Source: a virus (Duplodnaviria > Heunggongvirae > Uroviricota > Caudoviricetes). From it: a DNA stretch of 32,403 nt. The notes beneath the pieces are model-generated. The model made no database searches, had not been told where the DNA came from, and worked only from the letters and a program-made list of their open reading frames with translations. The first letter of the stretch is position 1; each line of letters opens with the position of its first letter. Shown here piece after piece: positions 1 to 10,886 of this stretch. Made by a program: the position numbers and the translations under genes. The stretch is from IMG/VR virus record IMGVR_UViG_2675903336_000004; one strand, given 5' to 3'.

Positions 1-200
1 CCACGGGAATATCTGCGGCAGCGGGCTTGTAATGGGTTAAGTGATAACAGATGTCTGGAAATATAGGGGCAAATCCAATCGTCGCCGTATTCCCGTATTA
101 ACAGAGACCGTAGCCCGACGGGGAACTCCTTCTGCGCGAGTGTGCGGGAATAATCAAAAACGATGCACACCGGGGTTACCGGGTACACATATTTCATCAT
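1..200 (-). CDS. hypothetical protein, N-terminal part only (ORF runs off the window start)
   Basis: Reverse strand is open for 66 codons from an ATG (rc of 198-200) to the window edge. Same strand and frame as the upstream orf141, separated from it by a stop. No recognisable motif and only a weak RBS. Confidence 0.2.
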   Translation of the reverse strand, partial: MMKYVYPVTPVCIVFDYSRTLAQKEFPVGLRSLLIREYGDDWICPYISRHLLSLNPLQARCRRYSR

Positions 201-245
201 GCCAGCGAGTCCGGTTCTGGCACGGAAGAAACCGGACGTTATGAT

Positions 246-671
246 TTAGTGCGGAAATATTTGTGTAGTGTTCTGTATGTTCTCAGTAAAGAGTAATGAA
301 TTATCAAAGGTATAGTAATACCTTTTGTTTTCGTGGATATTTGTAATCCATCTGAAAACCCCTGCTGTAGCAAGATTTTTCCTGTATTCGTAAAATGATA
401 ACTCTCCTGATTTGAATCCTTTTAAGGTGGCTTCTATAAGGCATTTATTTTTTGAAAATCTTACATTTACAACCTTACCCTGTCCTTTTATTAAAACCGT
501 ATTATCGTTTTCAAGAACAAGATGAATATTCTCTGTGGCTAAATAGTAAATGTAATGTGAGACATTGTGACGTTTTAGTTCAGAATAAAACCAGTGATAG
601 TTTAAATTATTTCGCACTTTATCGAATATTTGTTTAAAAATGGCAACCTGAGCCATTGTAGTACCTTCCAT
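246..671 (-). CDS. hypothetical protein (AT-rich moron gene, 141 aa)
   Basis: Complete ORF in the six-frame track. Markedly AT-rich compared with the flanking lambda-like DNA, and sits directly downstream of the small DNA-binding-like ORF on the same strand. No recognisable domain by eye. Confidence 0.45.
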   Translation of the reverse strand: MEGTTMAQVAIFKQIFDKVRNNLNYHWFYSELKRHNVSHYIYYLATENIHLVLENDNTVLIKGQGKVVNVRFSKNKCLIEATLKGFKSGELSFYEYRKNLATAGVFRWITNIHENKRYYYTFDNSLLFTENIQNTTQIFPH

Positions 672-713
672 GTGATATGAGGGGGCGTAGTCTGCACGAT
701 TATCTAAATTGCT

Positions 714-947
714 TCAATCTGGTCTAACCTGTTTTCTGAGCAATTCAGTAATGTCACTCTTTTCTTTGTTTGCTTCAGGCGAAACTCTTTTTTCTGAGCA
801 CAGTCTCCGGCGGCAGGCTTCAATGACCCAGGCTGAGAAATTCCCGGACCCTTTTTGAACAAGAGCGATGTTAATTTGTTCAATCATTTGGTTAGGAAAG
901 CGGATGTTGCGGGTTGTTGTTCTGCGGGTTCTGTTCTTCGTTGACAT
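714..947 (-). CDS. small basic putative DNA-binding protein (77 aa, possibly ribbon-helix-helix/Arc-like)
   Basis: Complete ORF with a basic N-terminus (STKNRTRRTTTRN) followed by a short strand-helix-like segment. First gene of a leftward two- or three-gene unit. Confidence 0.4.
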   Translation of the reverse strand: MSTKNRTRRTTTRNIRFPNQMIEQINIALVQKGSGNFSAWVIEACRRRLCSEKRVSPEANKEKSDITELLRKQVRPD

Positions 948-1118
948 GAGGTTGCCCTGTATTCAGTGTCGCTGATTTGTATTGTCTGAAGTTGTTTTTA
1001 CGTTAAGTTGATGCAGATCAATTAATACGATACCTGCGTCATAATTGATTATTTGACGTGGTTTGATGGCGTAGATGCACGTTGTGACATGTAGATGATA
1101 ATTATTATCATTTTGCGG

Positions 1119-1313
1119 GTCCTTTCCGGCGATCCGACAGGTTACGGGGCGGAAGGCGCGCGGGTTTTCGCTATTTATGACAATTTTCCGGTTTAAGGCG
1201 TTTCCGTTCTTCTTCGCCGTAACCTAATGTTTTTATTTAAAACACCCCCTGAAAAGAAAGGAAACGACAGGTGCTGAAAACGGGCTTTTTGGCCTCTGTC
1301 GTTTCCTTTCTCT
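1119..1313 (+). other. cos: prophage cos packaging site (cosQ-like segment, cosN 1147-1158, cosB with R3, IHF site, R2, R1)
   Basis: Sequence gatccgacaggttacg followed by a 12-nt cohesive-end position, then cgcgggttttcgctatttatga. R-site-like repeats CGTTTCC(G/T)TTCT occur at about 1196-1216 and 1297-1313, with an inverted copy at about 1255-1270 and an AT-rich IHF-like site at about 1226-1245. All lie directly upstream of nu1, as in lambda. Confidence 0.85.
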
Positions 1314-1335
1314 GTTTTTGTCCGTGGAATGAACA

Positions 1336-1855
1336 ATGGAAGTCAACAAAAAGCAGCTGGCTGACATTTTCGGTGCGAGTATCCGTACCATTCAGAACTG
1401 GCAGGAACAGGGAATGCCCGTTCTGCGAGGCGGTGGCAAGGGTAATGAGGTGCTTTATGACTCTGCCGCCGTTATAAGATGGTATGCCGAAAGGGATGCT
1501 GAAATTGAGAACGAAAAGCTGCGCCGGGAAGTTGAAGAACTGCGGCAGGCCAGCGAGACAGATCTCCAGCCAGGGACTATTGAGTACGAACGCCATCGAC
1601 TTACGCGTGCGCAGGCCGACGCACAGGAGCTGAAAAATGCCAGAGACTCCGCTGAAGTGGTGGAAACCGCATTCTGTACTTTCGTGCTGTCGCGGATCGC
1701 AGGTGAAATTGCCAGTATTCTCGACGGGATCCCCCTGTCGGTGCAGCGGCGTTTTCCGGAACTGGAAAACCGACATGTTGATTTCCTGAAACGGGATATC
1801 ATCAAAGCCATGAACAAAGCAGCCGCGCTGGATGAACTGATACCGGGGTTGCTGA

Positions 1856-1881
<26 letters not shown>
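1336..1881 (+). CDS. nu1: terminase small subunit Nu1
   Basis: 181-aa ORF beginning MEVNKKQLADIFGASIRTIQNWQEQGMPVL, essentially identical to lambda gpNu1 as recalled. Follows cosB and overlaps the start of A. Confidence 0.97.
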
Positions 1882-4901
<3,020 letters not shown>

Positions 4902-4978
4902 AACCCTTGCTGCGTCTGGAATGTCGTTTTCCATGCTTTTGATGACCGTTCATCACCCTTCCAGTTTTTCGCGGTTTT

Positions 4979-5031
4979 GTGTATTGCAATGTGTATTGCA
5001 AATTGGCGATCGGGATGGGTGTGTATTGCAA
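4979..5031 (+). repeat. integrase arm-type direct repeats GTGTATTGCAA x3 (attL arm, upstream of int)
   Basis: Exact 11-mers at 4979-4989, 4991-5001 and 5021-5031. Two more copies in the same orientation sit at 15645-15667, just inside attR. Confidence 0.7.
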
Positions 5032-5049
5032 ATCTCTTGAGGGCTTTTA

Positions 5050-6291
5050 ATGGCTATTGAAAACAAACTCAGTGACAAACTGTTAAAGAGTCTTGTCGGA
5101 AAACGGCAGGACAAACAAAAAACAATAGCGGATGGGCGCGGGTTGTCTGTGCGTGTAAGCATGGTTGGGGGGATCAGCTTTGTTTTTTACTATCGTCTTG
5201 GTGGCAGGGAATCCCCTCCGGTATGGCTTACACTTGGTCGCTATCCTGACATGTCTCTTGCAACGGCCAGGCGCATGCGTGATCAGTGCCGTGAATGGCT
5301 GGCTGAAAATCTGGACCCCCGCAGGCAAATAAAACTTGCTGCCGAAAAAACTATGCAACCAGTGACCGTAAGGGATGCGCTGTTTTACTGGTACGACAAT
5401 CACGCCACAACAGCCAGAAAAGAGCATGAATATTTAATAAAACGATTTGAAAAGCATATCTTCCCCTATATCGGTGATATGGCTATAGAACAGTGCAAAT
5501 TACACACATGGCTTACCGTCTTTGACAGGATCAAAAAAAATGCGCCTGTTATGTCTGGTGCAATTTTTCTTGATATCAAACAGGCGTTGCGTTTTTGTCG
5601 CGTCAGGCAATACATCGCGTGCGATCCCTTTGGAGATATTAACGTAAGTTATGTCGGGCGCTCATCCGGTATAAGGGATCGCGTTCTTAATATCAATGAA
5701 ACCGCTGATGTATGGTCTTATGCTTACGGTAATAATTTGCTAACTCTGTCATCAATATATAACCGAAGAATAATGGTTATCTGCCTGGTGTTTGGTTGCC
5801 GACAGCAGGAGGCGAGGCTATCCACCTGGGACGAATGGGATTTAAAAAACTGGGTATGGACAGTCCCAAAAGAGCACAGCAAAAACAAGGAGGCTATAGT
5901 AAGGCCTGTTCCTGACGGAATAAAACAATGGATCGTTAATCTTTACGCAGAAACAAAAAATCGCGGTTATGTTGTCGGTTGTGCTTTGCAAAGGGCGACA
6001 ATAACAGGGGCTGCAAACAGAATATGCAGGCGTCTTGGTCATGATACTAATGGCTTGTGGTGCATACATGATTTCAGGCGCACATTTTCCACTACGCTTA
6101 ATGATATGGGGGCGGATCCTTATATTGTCGAACTTCTTTTAGGTCATAAAGTGAAAGGGGTTGCTGGTGTTTACAATAAAAGCAGGCATATAAAGAAAAA
6201 ACTTGAGGTGCTTAATATGTGGGTTAATTACCTTAATACGATAGCAGGATTTAACAACAACGTTATCGAGCTTAATAAAGAGGTGGTGTGA
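5050..6291 (+). CDS. int: tyrosine-type site-specific integrase (P4-like family)
   Basis: 413-aa ORF with the C-terminal catalytic signature HDFRRTFSTTLNDMGADPYIVELLLGH...VYNKS (His-x-x-Arg and Tyr). Located immediately inside attL, preceded by the arm repeats. Confidence 0.9.
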   Translation: MAIENKLSDKLLKSLVGKRQDKQKTIADGRGLSVRVSMVGGISFVFYYRLGGRESPPVWLTLGRYPDMSLATARRMRDQCREWLAENLDPRRQIKLAAEKTMQPVTVRDALFYWYDNHATTARKEHEYLIKRFEKHIFPYIGDMAIEQCKLHTWLTVFDRIKKNAPVMSGAIFLDIKQALRFCRVRQYIACDPFGDINVSYVGRSSGIRDRVLNINETADVWSYAYGNNLLTLSSIYNRRIMVICLVFGCRQQEARLSTWDEWDLKNWVWTVPKEHSKNKEAIVRPVPDGIKQWIVNLYAETKNRGYVVGCALQRATITGAANRICRRLGHDTNGLWCIHDFRRTFSTTLNDMGADPYIVELLLGHKVKGVAGVYNKSRHIKKKLEVLNMWVNYLNTIAGFNNNVIELNKEVV

Positions 6292-6292
6292 T

Positions 6293-6550
6293 ATGACAAT
6301 TTATTCTCTTGTTGATGAAAACGATTTGCGCACAATGAAGGACATTGATCGGTTCATTCGTGAAAAAGAGTGCATAGCACTTACCACGCTGGCAAACTCA
6401 ACACGCTGGAAAATGGAGCAGGCAGGTAAATTCCCGCGACGTATCAAGATCGGTGAACGTGCTGCAGGGTATCGACTTTCAGAGGTTCAGGCATGGATCC
6501 GTGGTGAGTGGCATCCTGGATGGAAACCTGGAAAAACAAAACAGCAATAA
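6293..6550 (+). CDS. alpA: AlpA-family transcriptional regulator / putative excisionase
   Basis: 85-aa ORF directly downstream of int. The segment IREKECIALTTLANSTRWKMEQAGKFPRRIKIGERAAGYRLSEVQAWI fits the AlpA/Xis-type HTH pattern. Confidence 0.8.
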   Translation: MTIYSLVDENDLRTMKDIDRFIREKECIALTTLANSTRWKMEQAGKFPRRIKIGERAAGYRLSEVQAWIRGEWHPGWKPGKTKQQ

Positions 6551-6563
6551 CCAGTAAATAATG

Positions 6564-6586
6564 CCCCTCATCACGAGGGGTTTTTT
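6564..6586 (+). terminator. rho-independent terminator after alpA
   Basis: Hairpin CCCCTC-atcac-GAGGGG followed by TTTTTT. Confidence 0.75.
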
Positions 6587-6606
6587 GTCTATAAGGTAAA
6601 AACGCG

Positions 6607-7185
6607 ATGAATAAAAATATTGCCGTGACGGGCAAGGGGTACGCTCGTCCAGTGAAAAAATTCTGCGATATTCGTGATCTCGTCGTTCTGCGCTTTGATA
6701 GTGTGAACGTTCGTGTGGTGTATCTGAACGGCGATCCGTGGTTTGTTGCAAAAGATGTTTGTGCTGCGCTGGAACTAACCAATTCGCGTACGGCGTTGCA
6801 GATGCTTGATGATGATGAAAAGGGAGTAAATTTAACTTACACCCCAGGAGGAAATCAGAATATGAGAATTATCTCTGAGTCAGGTTTCTACAAACTAATA
6901 GCCCGCAGCCGCAAAGCAACGACGCCTGGCACATTTGCTCATCGTTTCAGTAACTGGGTATTCAGAAATGTGATACCAGGTATCAGAAAAACGGGGACTT
7001 ATGGTATCCCGTGGGGTGCATTACAGGATTTTTCCCGCCGTAAAGAGCAATATCAAATAAGTGCCAGCGAGAAGGGGAGGGAGCTACAGGCATGTAAGCG
7101 CAAAAAGCGTGAGCTGGAGGAAGAAGAAAAAACGCTGATACGTGAATATCAGCCTGAGTTTTACTTTGGTAACCGCATTCAGTGA
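6607..7185 (+). CDS. Bro-N domain protein (antirepressor-like)
   Basis: 192-aa ORF. The segment DPWFVAKDVCAALELTNSRTALQMLDDDEKG...ISESGFYKLIARSRKATTPGTFAHRFSNWVFRNVIPGIRKTGTY matches the Bro-N/KilA-N type domain, with a charged coiled-coil-like C-terminus. Confidence 0.65.
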   Translation: MNKNIAVTGKGYARPVKKFCDIRDLVVLRFDSVNVRVVYLNGDPWFVAKDVCAALELTNSRTALQMLDDDEKGVNLTYTPGGNQNMRIISESGFYKLIARSRKATTPGTFAHRFSNWVFRNVIPGIRKTGTYGIPWGALQDFSRRKEQYQISASEKGRELQACKRKKRELEEEEKTLIREYQPEFYFGNRIQ

Positions 7186-7215
7186 CAAAACAAAGGCGAC
7201 CGCAAAAGGGTCGCC
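7186..7215 (-). terminator. putative rho-independent terminator of the leftward operon (possibly bidirectional)
   Basis: Hairpin GGCGACC-gcaaaag-GGTCGCC at 7195-7215, preceded on the + strand by aaaacaaa, which reads as a T-run after the stem on the - strand. Confidence 0.5.
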
Positions 7216-7281
7216 AGTGGGAACAAGGGAAAACAAAAGCATCACCAACAATGCCACATTTGCGGCTGGTGGGCAATGTGA

Positions 7282-7461
7282 TCAGTCAGATTTGGTTCGT
7301 TCCAAGGTTTGCAACGAGAGCTTTTTCCTGTGCTCTTTAAGGAATTTCTCAAGAGCAAACGAACAAGGTGCGAATCTTTCTGATTCATGTTCATGCGCTA
7401 TATTTTTGCGTCGTCTCTTACGAGTTGGTGATGGTGTTTTGGTTGATTCTGTGTCGCTCAT
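7282..7461 (-). CDS. small basic hypothetical protein (59 aa; below the ORF-track threshold)
   Basis: Manual translation of the reverse strand gives MSDTESTKTPSPTRKRRRKNIAHEHESERFAPCSFALEKFLKEHRKKLSLQTLERTKSD. It has an AGGA-containing RBS about 7 nt upstream and lies between orf101 and the terminator on the same strand. Confidence 0.35.
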   Translation of the reverse strand: MSDTESTKTPSPTRKRRRKNIAHEHESERFAPCSFALEKFLKEHRKKLSLQTLERTKSD

Positions 7462-7518
7462 GGTGCTGTCCTGTAAAGCAATGCGCCTGCGTTCCTCAAA
7501 CTATGGCGCTGATATTGG

Positions 7519-7824
7519 CTATTCATGCTCTTTGACCTTGCGTCGCTGGAGTTCTTCACGCGCGACGGTGACGAGTTGCCCGATCTCCTCGGCTGCTTTG
7601 ATGCCGATTTGTTCGACCTTAGCCAGGGCATCCAGTGACGACACAAGGGGATTTTCTCCGCTGCCTTCTGCTTGGCGGCGGGCTATTTCTCCGCGCATGG
7701 CGGTTACGATAAATCCGGCATTGCTTTCACCGTCCAGCTTAACGGATTCCATCCCTTGCATAACATCTAGTGGGACTCTGACAGTTGTCAGTTGTGATTT
7801 TGCGTTTTTGTTAGCCGTTGCCAT
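7519..7824 (-). CDS. putative transcriptional regulator (101 aa), divergent from the island early operon
   Basis: Complete ORF with an AGGAG RBS 8 nt upstream. It is transcribed away from the operator-containing intergenic region, and its position mirrors satellite/phage repressor genes. Fold assignment is tentative. Confidence 0.45.
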   Translation of the reverse strand: MATANKNAKSQLTTVRVPLDVMQGMESVKLDGESNAGFIVTAMRGEIARRQAEGSGENPLVSSLDALAKVEQIGIKAAEEIGQLVTVAREELQRRKVKEHE

Positions 7825-7885
7825 TTCTGAAACTCCTAATCATCGGTGTGTTTCAGTATACACAAAAAAAGAAATACAAAAAGCC

Positions 7886-7923
7886 TTGACGTGTGTTTCA
7901 TGCGCTCATAACATGAAACACAC
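7886..7923 (+). promoter_or_regulatory. rightward promoter (TTGACG, 17 bp, TAACAT) overlapped by a 12-bp perfect inverted-repeat operator
   Basis: GTGTGTTTCATG (7891-7902), 9-bp spacer, CATGAAACACAC (7912-7923). A third half-site GTGTGTTTCA is at 7846-7855. The -35 TTGACG is at 7886-7891 and the -10 TAACAT at 7909-7914. Confidence 0.6.
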
Positions 7924-8014
7924 CGAAAGGATTGTTGAAATACAAAGAGCAACGCCCCGCAGTGCTGGGAACACATACGGGGCGTCTAACCAACAACGTA
8001 AACTAGGAGCCGTT

Positions 8015-8212
8015 ATGGTTGCTGTAAATCATATACCACACCTTGTACACACACAAACGGCCTTTGTGTGGCGTTTTCTGGCACTGAGTGCCGGAGAATC
8101 TCAAATCATCCACGTAACCGCCTGGACGGAACGCGAAGCGCGTAGCCGTTGCCCGTCCGGTTGTGTTGCTGTATTCGCTGCAAAAATCCGCCAGGGAGTG
8201 AGTCATGCTTAA
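8015..8212 (+). CDS. small protein (65 aa), possibly Icd-like cell-division-inhibitor family
   Basis: ATG at 8015 with an AGGAG RBS 5 nt upstream; it shares frame and stop with the tail of the spurious long ORF 7142..8212. First gene after the operator-controlled promoter. Family assignment is from memory of a VWRFLAL-type motif and is tentative. Confidence 0.4.
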   Translation: MVAVNHIPHLVHTQTAFVWRFLALSAGESQIIHVTAWTEREARSRCPSGCVAVFAAKIRQGVSHA

Positions 8213-8390
8213 AACCTTCCGTGTATTTGCCCGAGCTGTTAACCCAATAGGCCACACAATTGGTATCGCTCAGAATGTGAAGGCTGTTAATGTTCAGACG
8301 GCTATTGCTGCGGTGAGAAGCGAATCATCAGAATATGGCTTATCACAAGTCATTATTTCAGCAGTGTATGAATTAAAAGAGGTGCATTAA
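8205..8390 (+). CDS. hypothetical protein (61 aa)
   Basis: Complete ORF whose start overlaps the stop of the preceding gene, indicating a translationally coupled operon. Confidence 0.4.
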   Translation: MLKTFRVFARAVNPIGHTIGIAQNVKAVNVQTAIAAVRSESSEYGLSQVIISAVYELKEVH

Positions 8391-8581
8391 TGCAGGAAAT
8401 TACATTACACGAAGCCGCTGAACGTGCGCACCAGACAGAAATTATTTGCCGCCTTCTTGAGGTATACCCGAACAAAATTACAGATGCTGATATATCCGCA
8501 CTGGCGAGCCTACTGGCGCGTCTTTCGGGAAGTGTCGCTAGTTTTTTGATTGAGGAAGAAAGTAAGCTGGTGGGGGATTAA
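8390..8581 (+). CDS. hypothetical protein (63 aa)
   Basis: Complete ORF with a TAATG stop/start overlap with the previous ORF. Confidence 0.4.
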   Translation: MQEITLHEAAERAHQTEIICRLLEVYPNKITDADISALASLLARLSGSVASFLIEEESKLVGD

Positions 8582-8803
8582 ATGAATACAGAACGGGAAG
8601 TCTTTTTTAAATTGTTAGCATGTGCAGAAAGTTCATTAACTTTAAATAATTCAGCAAAAGCAATATTAAATATGTGGCTTGATTGCATAAATGACAATGA
8701 AGATGCAAATATTGCTTATGGCCTGTTGTCACTTATTGATGAATCAGCAGAAAAACTCAATGACGCAATAAATAGTGCCCTGCTATCAAATAAGTCGAGT
8801 TAA
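8582..8803 (+). CDS. hypothetical protein (73 aa, AT-rich)
   Basis: Complete ORF abutting the previous stop. Codon composition is AT-rich. Confidence 0.4.
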   Translation: MNTEREVFFKLLACAESSLTLNNSAKAILNMWLDCINDNEDANIAYGLLSLIDESAEKLNDAINSALLSNKSS

Positions 8804-8820
8804 GTCGAGGAATAAATAAT

Positions 8821-9120
8821 ATGGAAATGAAAAATTCTGGCTTTATTGCCAGCGGCCCCGCTCGACCTGAATTTATGAACGGCGATATTTACCGCGATAA
8901 ATACGGCGGCACGGTAACGATTAAAGGCGTGGCAGAACGGCGCATCACTTACCGCCGTGAGGGGTATAGCTATGACTGCGTGATGCCTGTTTATCAGTTC
9001 CGGCGTGATTTTTCCCTGGTATATGCCGCACCCCGCAGTAAGCCCATCAGCAGGGAAAAAGCGTGGGGAAATATCCAGAAAATGAAAACCATGATTAACG
9101 GATTCAGAGGTAAAAAATGA
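8821..9120 (+). CDS. hypothetical protein (99 aa)
   Basis: Complete ORF with an ATGA overlap with the pri-rep start. Confidence 0.45.
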   Translation: MEMKNSGFIASGPARPEFMNGDIYRDKYGGTVTIKGVAERRITYRREGYSYDCVMPVYQFRRDFSLVYAAPRSKPISREKAWGNIQKMKTMINGFRGKK

Positions 9121-10871
9121 AACTGGCACCGAACGTAAAACAGCAGTCACGCGGCATAAAACACAAAGGAACAGAAGTCATTATTTTTGCGGGTAGTGAT
9201 GCCTGGGCACACGCGAAACAATGGCAGGAACATGATGCGCGTATGGCCGGAGATAATGAGCCTCCTGTGTGGCTTGGGGAGCAGCAGCTATCCGAACTGG
9301 ATAATCTGCAAATTGTGCCGGAAGGCCGAAAATCAGCACGCATATACAGGGCCGGATATCTTGCGCCTGTAATGATAAAGACGATTGGTCAGAAGCTGGC
9401 GGCAGCAGGCGTACAGGATGCAAATTTTTATCCTGAGGGTATGCACGGCCAGGAGGTGCAGAACTGGCGCGAATATCTGGCCCGTGAACGCCAGAATCTT
9501 TCTGATGGTCTGGTCATTGAGCTTCCGGTAAAGCAAAAGGCGCAACTTTCGCAGATGGCGGACAGTGAGCGCGCGCAGTTGCTTGCCGATCGCTTTGATG
9601 GCGTTTGCGTACATCCTGAAAGTGAAATCGTTCACGTATGGCGCGGCGGGGTATGGTGTCCGGTCAGCACAATGGAACTTAGCCGCGAAATGGTGGCGAT
9701 CTATTCAGAGCACAGGGCCACTTTCAGCAAGCGCGTAATCAATAACGCCGTGGAAGCGTTAAAAGTTATTGCCGAACCAATGGGCGAGCCGTCTGGCGAT
9801 TTGCTGCCGTTCGCCAATGGTGCGCTTGACCTGAAAACGGGGGAATTTTCCCCGCACACGCCGGAGAACTGGATCACCACGCACAACGGCATTGAGTACA
9901 CGCCACCAGCACCAGGGGAGAACATCCGCGATAACGCGCCAAACTTTCATAAATGGCTTGAGCACGCAGCCGGAAAAGACCCGCGCAAGATGATGCGTAT
10001 ATGTGCCGCGCTGTACATGATTATGGCGAACCGGTACGACTGGCAGATGTTTATTGAGGCCACCGGAGACGGCGGGAGCGGTAAAAGTACATTCACACAC
10101 ATAGCCAGCCTTCTGGCAGGGAAACAGAACACGGTAAGCGCTGAAATGACATCGCTTGATGATGCTGGTGGACGTGCGCAGGTTGTCGGGAGTCGTCTTA
10201 TCGTCCTGGCTGACCAGCCGAAATATACAGGCGAAGGAACGGGCATCAAGAAAATCACAGGCGGCGACCCCGTGGAAATTAACCCGAAATATGAAAAGCG
10301 TTTCACGGCGGTAATCAGGGCGGTGGTGCTGGCGACCAACAACAACCCGATGATATTCACCGAACGGGCCGGAGGTGTGGCACGTCGTCGCGTGATTTTC
10401 CGTTTCGACAATATCGTCAGTGAGGCCGAAAAAGACAGGGAGCTACCGGAAAAGATTGCGGCTGAAATCCCCGTTATTATCCGCCGATTGCTGGCGAACT
10501 TTACCGACCCTGAGAAGGCACGGGCTTTACTACTGGAACAGCGTGACGGTGATGAAGCACTGGCAATAAAGCAACAGACGGATCCGGTTATTGAGTTTTG
10601 CCAGTTCCTGAATTTTCTGGAGGAAGCGCGCGGCCTGATGATGGGTGGCGGTGGTGATTCAGTGAAGTACACGACCAGGAACAGCCTTTACCGCGTCTAT
10701 CTGGCGTTTATGGCATACGCGGGCAGGAGCAAACCGCTAAACGTGGCTGAGTTCAGCAAGGCCATGAAGCCAGCGGCGAAAGTTTACGGGCATGAATATA
10801 TTACGCGAAAAGTTAAGGGAGTAACGCAGACCAACGCAATTACAACAGACGATTGCGACGCGTTTTTATAA
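9117..10871 (+). CDS. primase/helicase replication initiator (pri-rep; P4-alpha/D5-like NTPase)
   Basis: 584-aa ORF with Walker A GDGGSGKST and a Walker B-like RLIVLADQP. Size, domain order and position (upstream of an iteron array) are as in PICI pri-rep genes. Confidence 0.85.
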   Translation: MKLAPNVKQQSRGIKHKGTEVIIFAGSDAWAHAKQWQEHDARMAGDNEPPVWLGEQQLSELDNLQIVPEGRKSARIYRAGYLAPVMIKTIGQKLAAAGVQDANFYPEGMHGQEVQNWREYLARERQNLSDGLVIELPVKQKAQLSQMADSERAQLLADRFDGVCVHPESEIVHVWRGGVWCPVSTMELSREMVAIYSEHRATFSKRVINNAVEALKVIAEPMGEPSGDLLPFANGALDLKTGEFSPHTPENWITTHNGIEYTPPAPGENIRDNAPNFHKWLEHAAGKDPRKMMRICAALYMIMANRYDWQMFIEATGDGGSGKSTFTHIASLLAGKQNTVSAEMTSLDDAGGRAQVVGSRLIVLADQPKYTGEGTGIKKITGGDPVEINPKYEKRFTAVIRAVVLATNNNPMIFTERAGGVARRRVIFRFDNIVSEAEKDRELPEKIAAEIPVIIRRLLANFTDPEKARALLLEQRDGDEALAIKQQTDPVIEFCQFLNFLEEARGLMMGGGGDSVKYTTRNSLYRVYLAFMAYAGRSKPLNVAEFSKAMKPAAKVYGHEYITRKVKGVTQTNAITTDDCDAFL

Positions 10872-10886
10872 TTTTTTGTAAAAGCC

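Noticed and set aside
41-244. 67-aa plus-strand ORF with a GTG start at the window start
   Set aside because: No RBS and no recognisable motif. The same DNA is open on the minus strand in register with the upstream moron operon, which is the more plausible reading, though itself low confidence.
7142-8212. 356-aa plus-strand ORF across the bro 3' end, orf101 region and operator
   Set aside because: It runs antisense through the better-supported minus-strand genes and through the intergenic operator/promoter. Only its last 65 codons (8015-8212), which have their own RBS, are likely to be coding.
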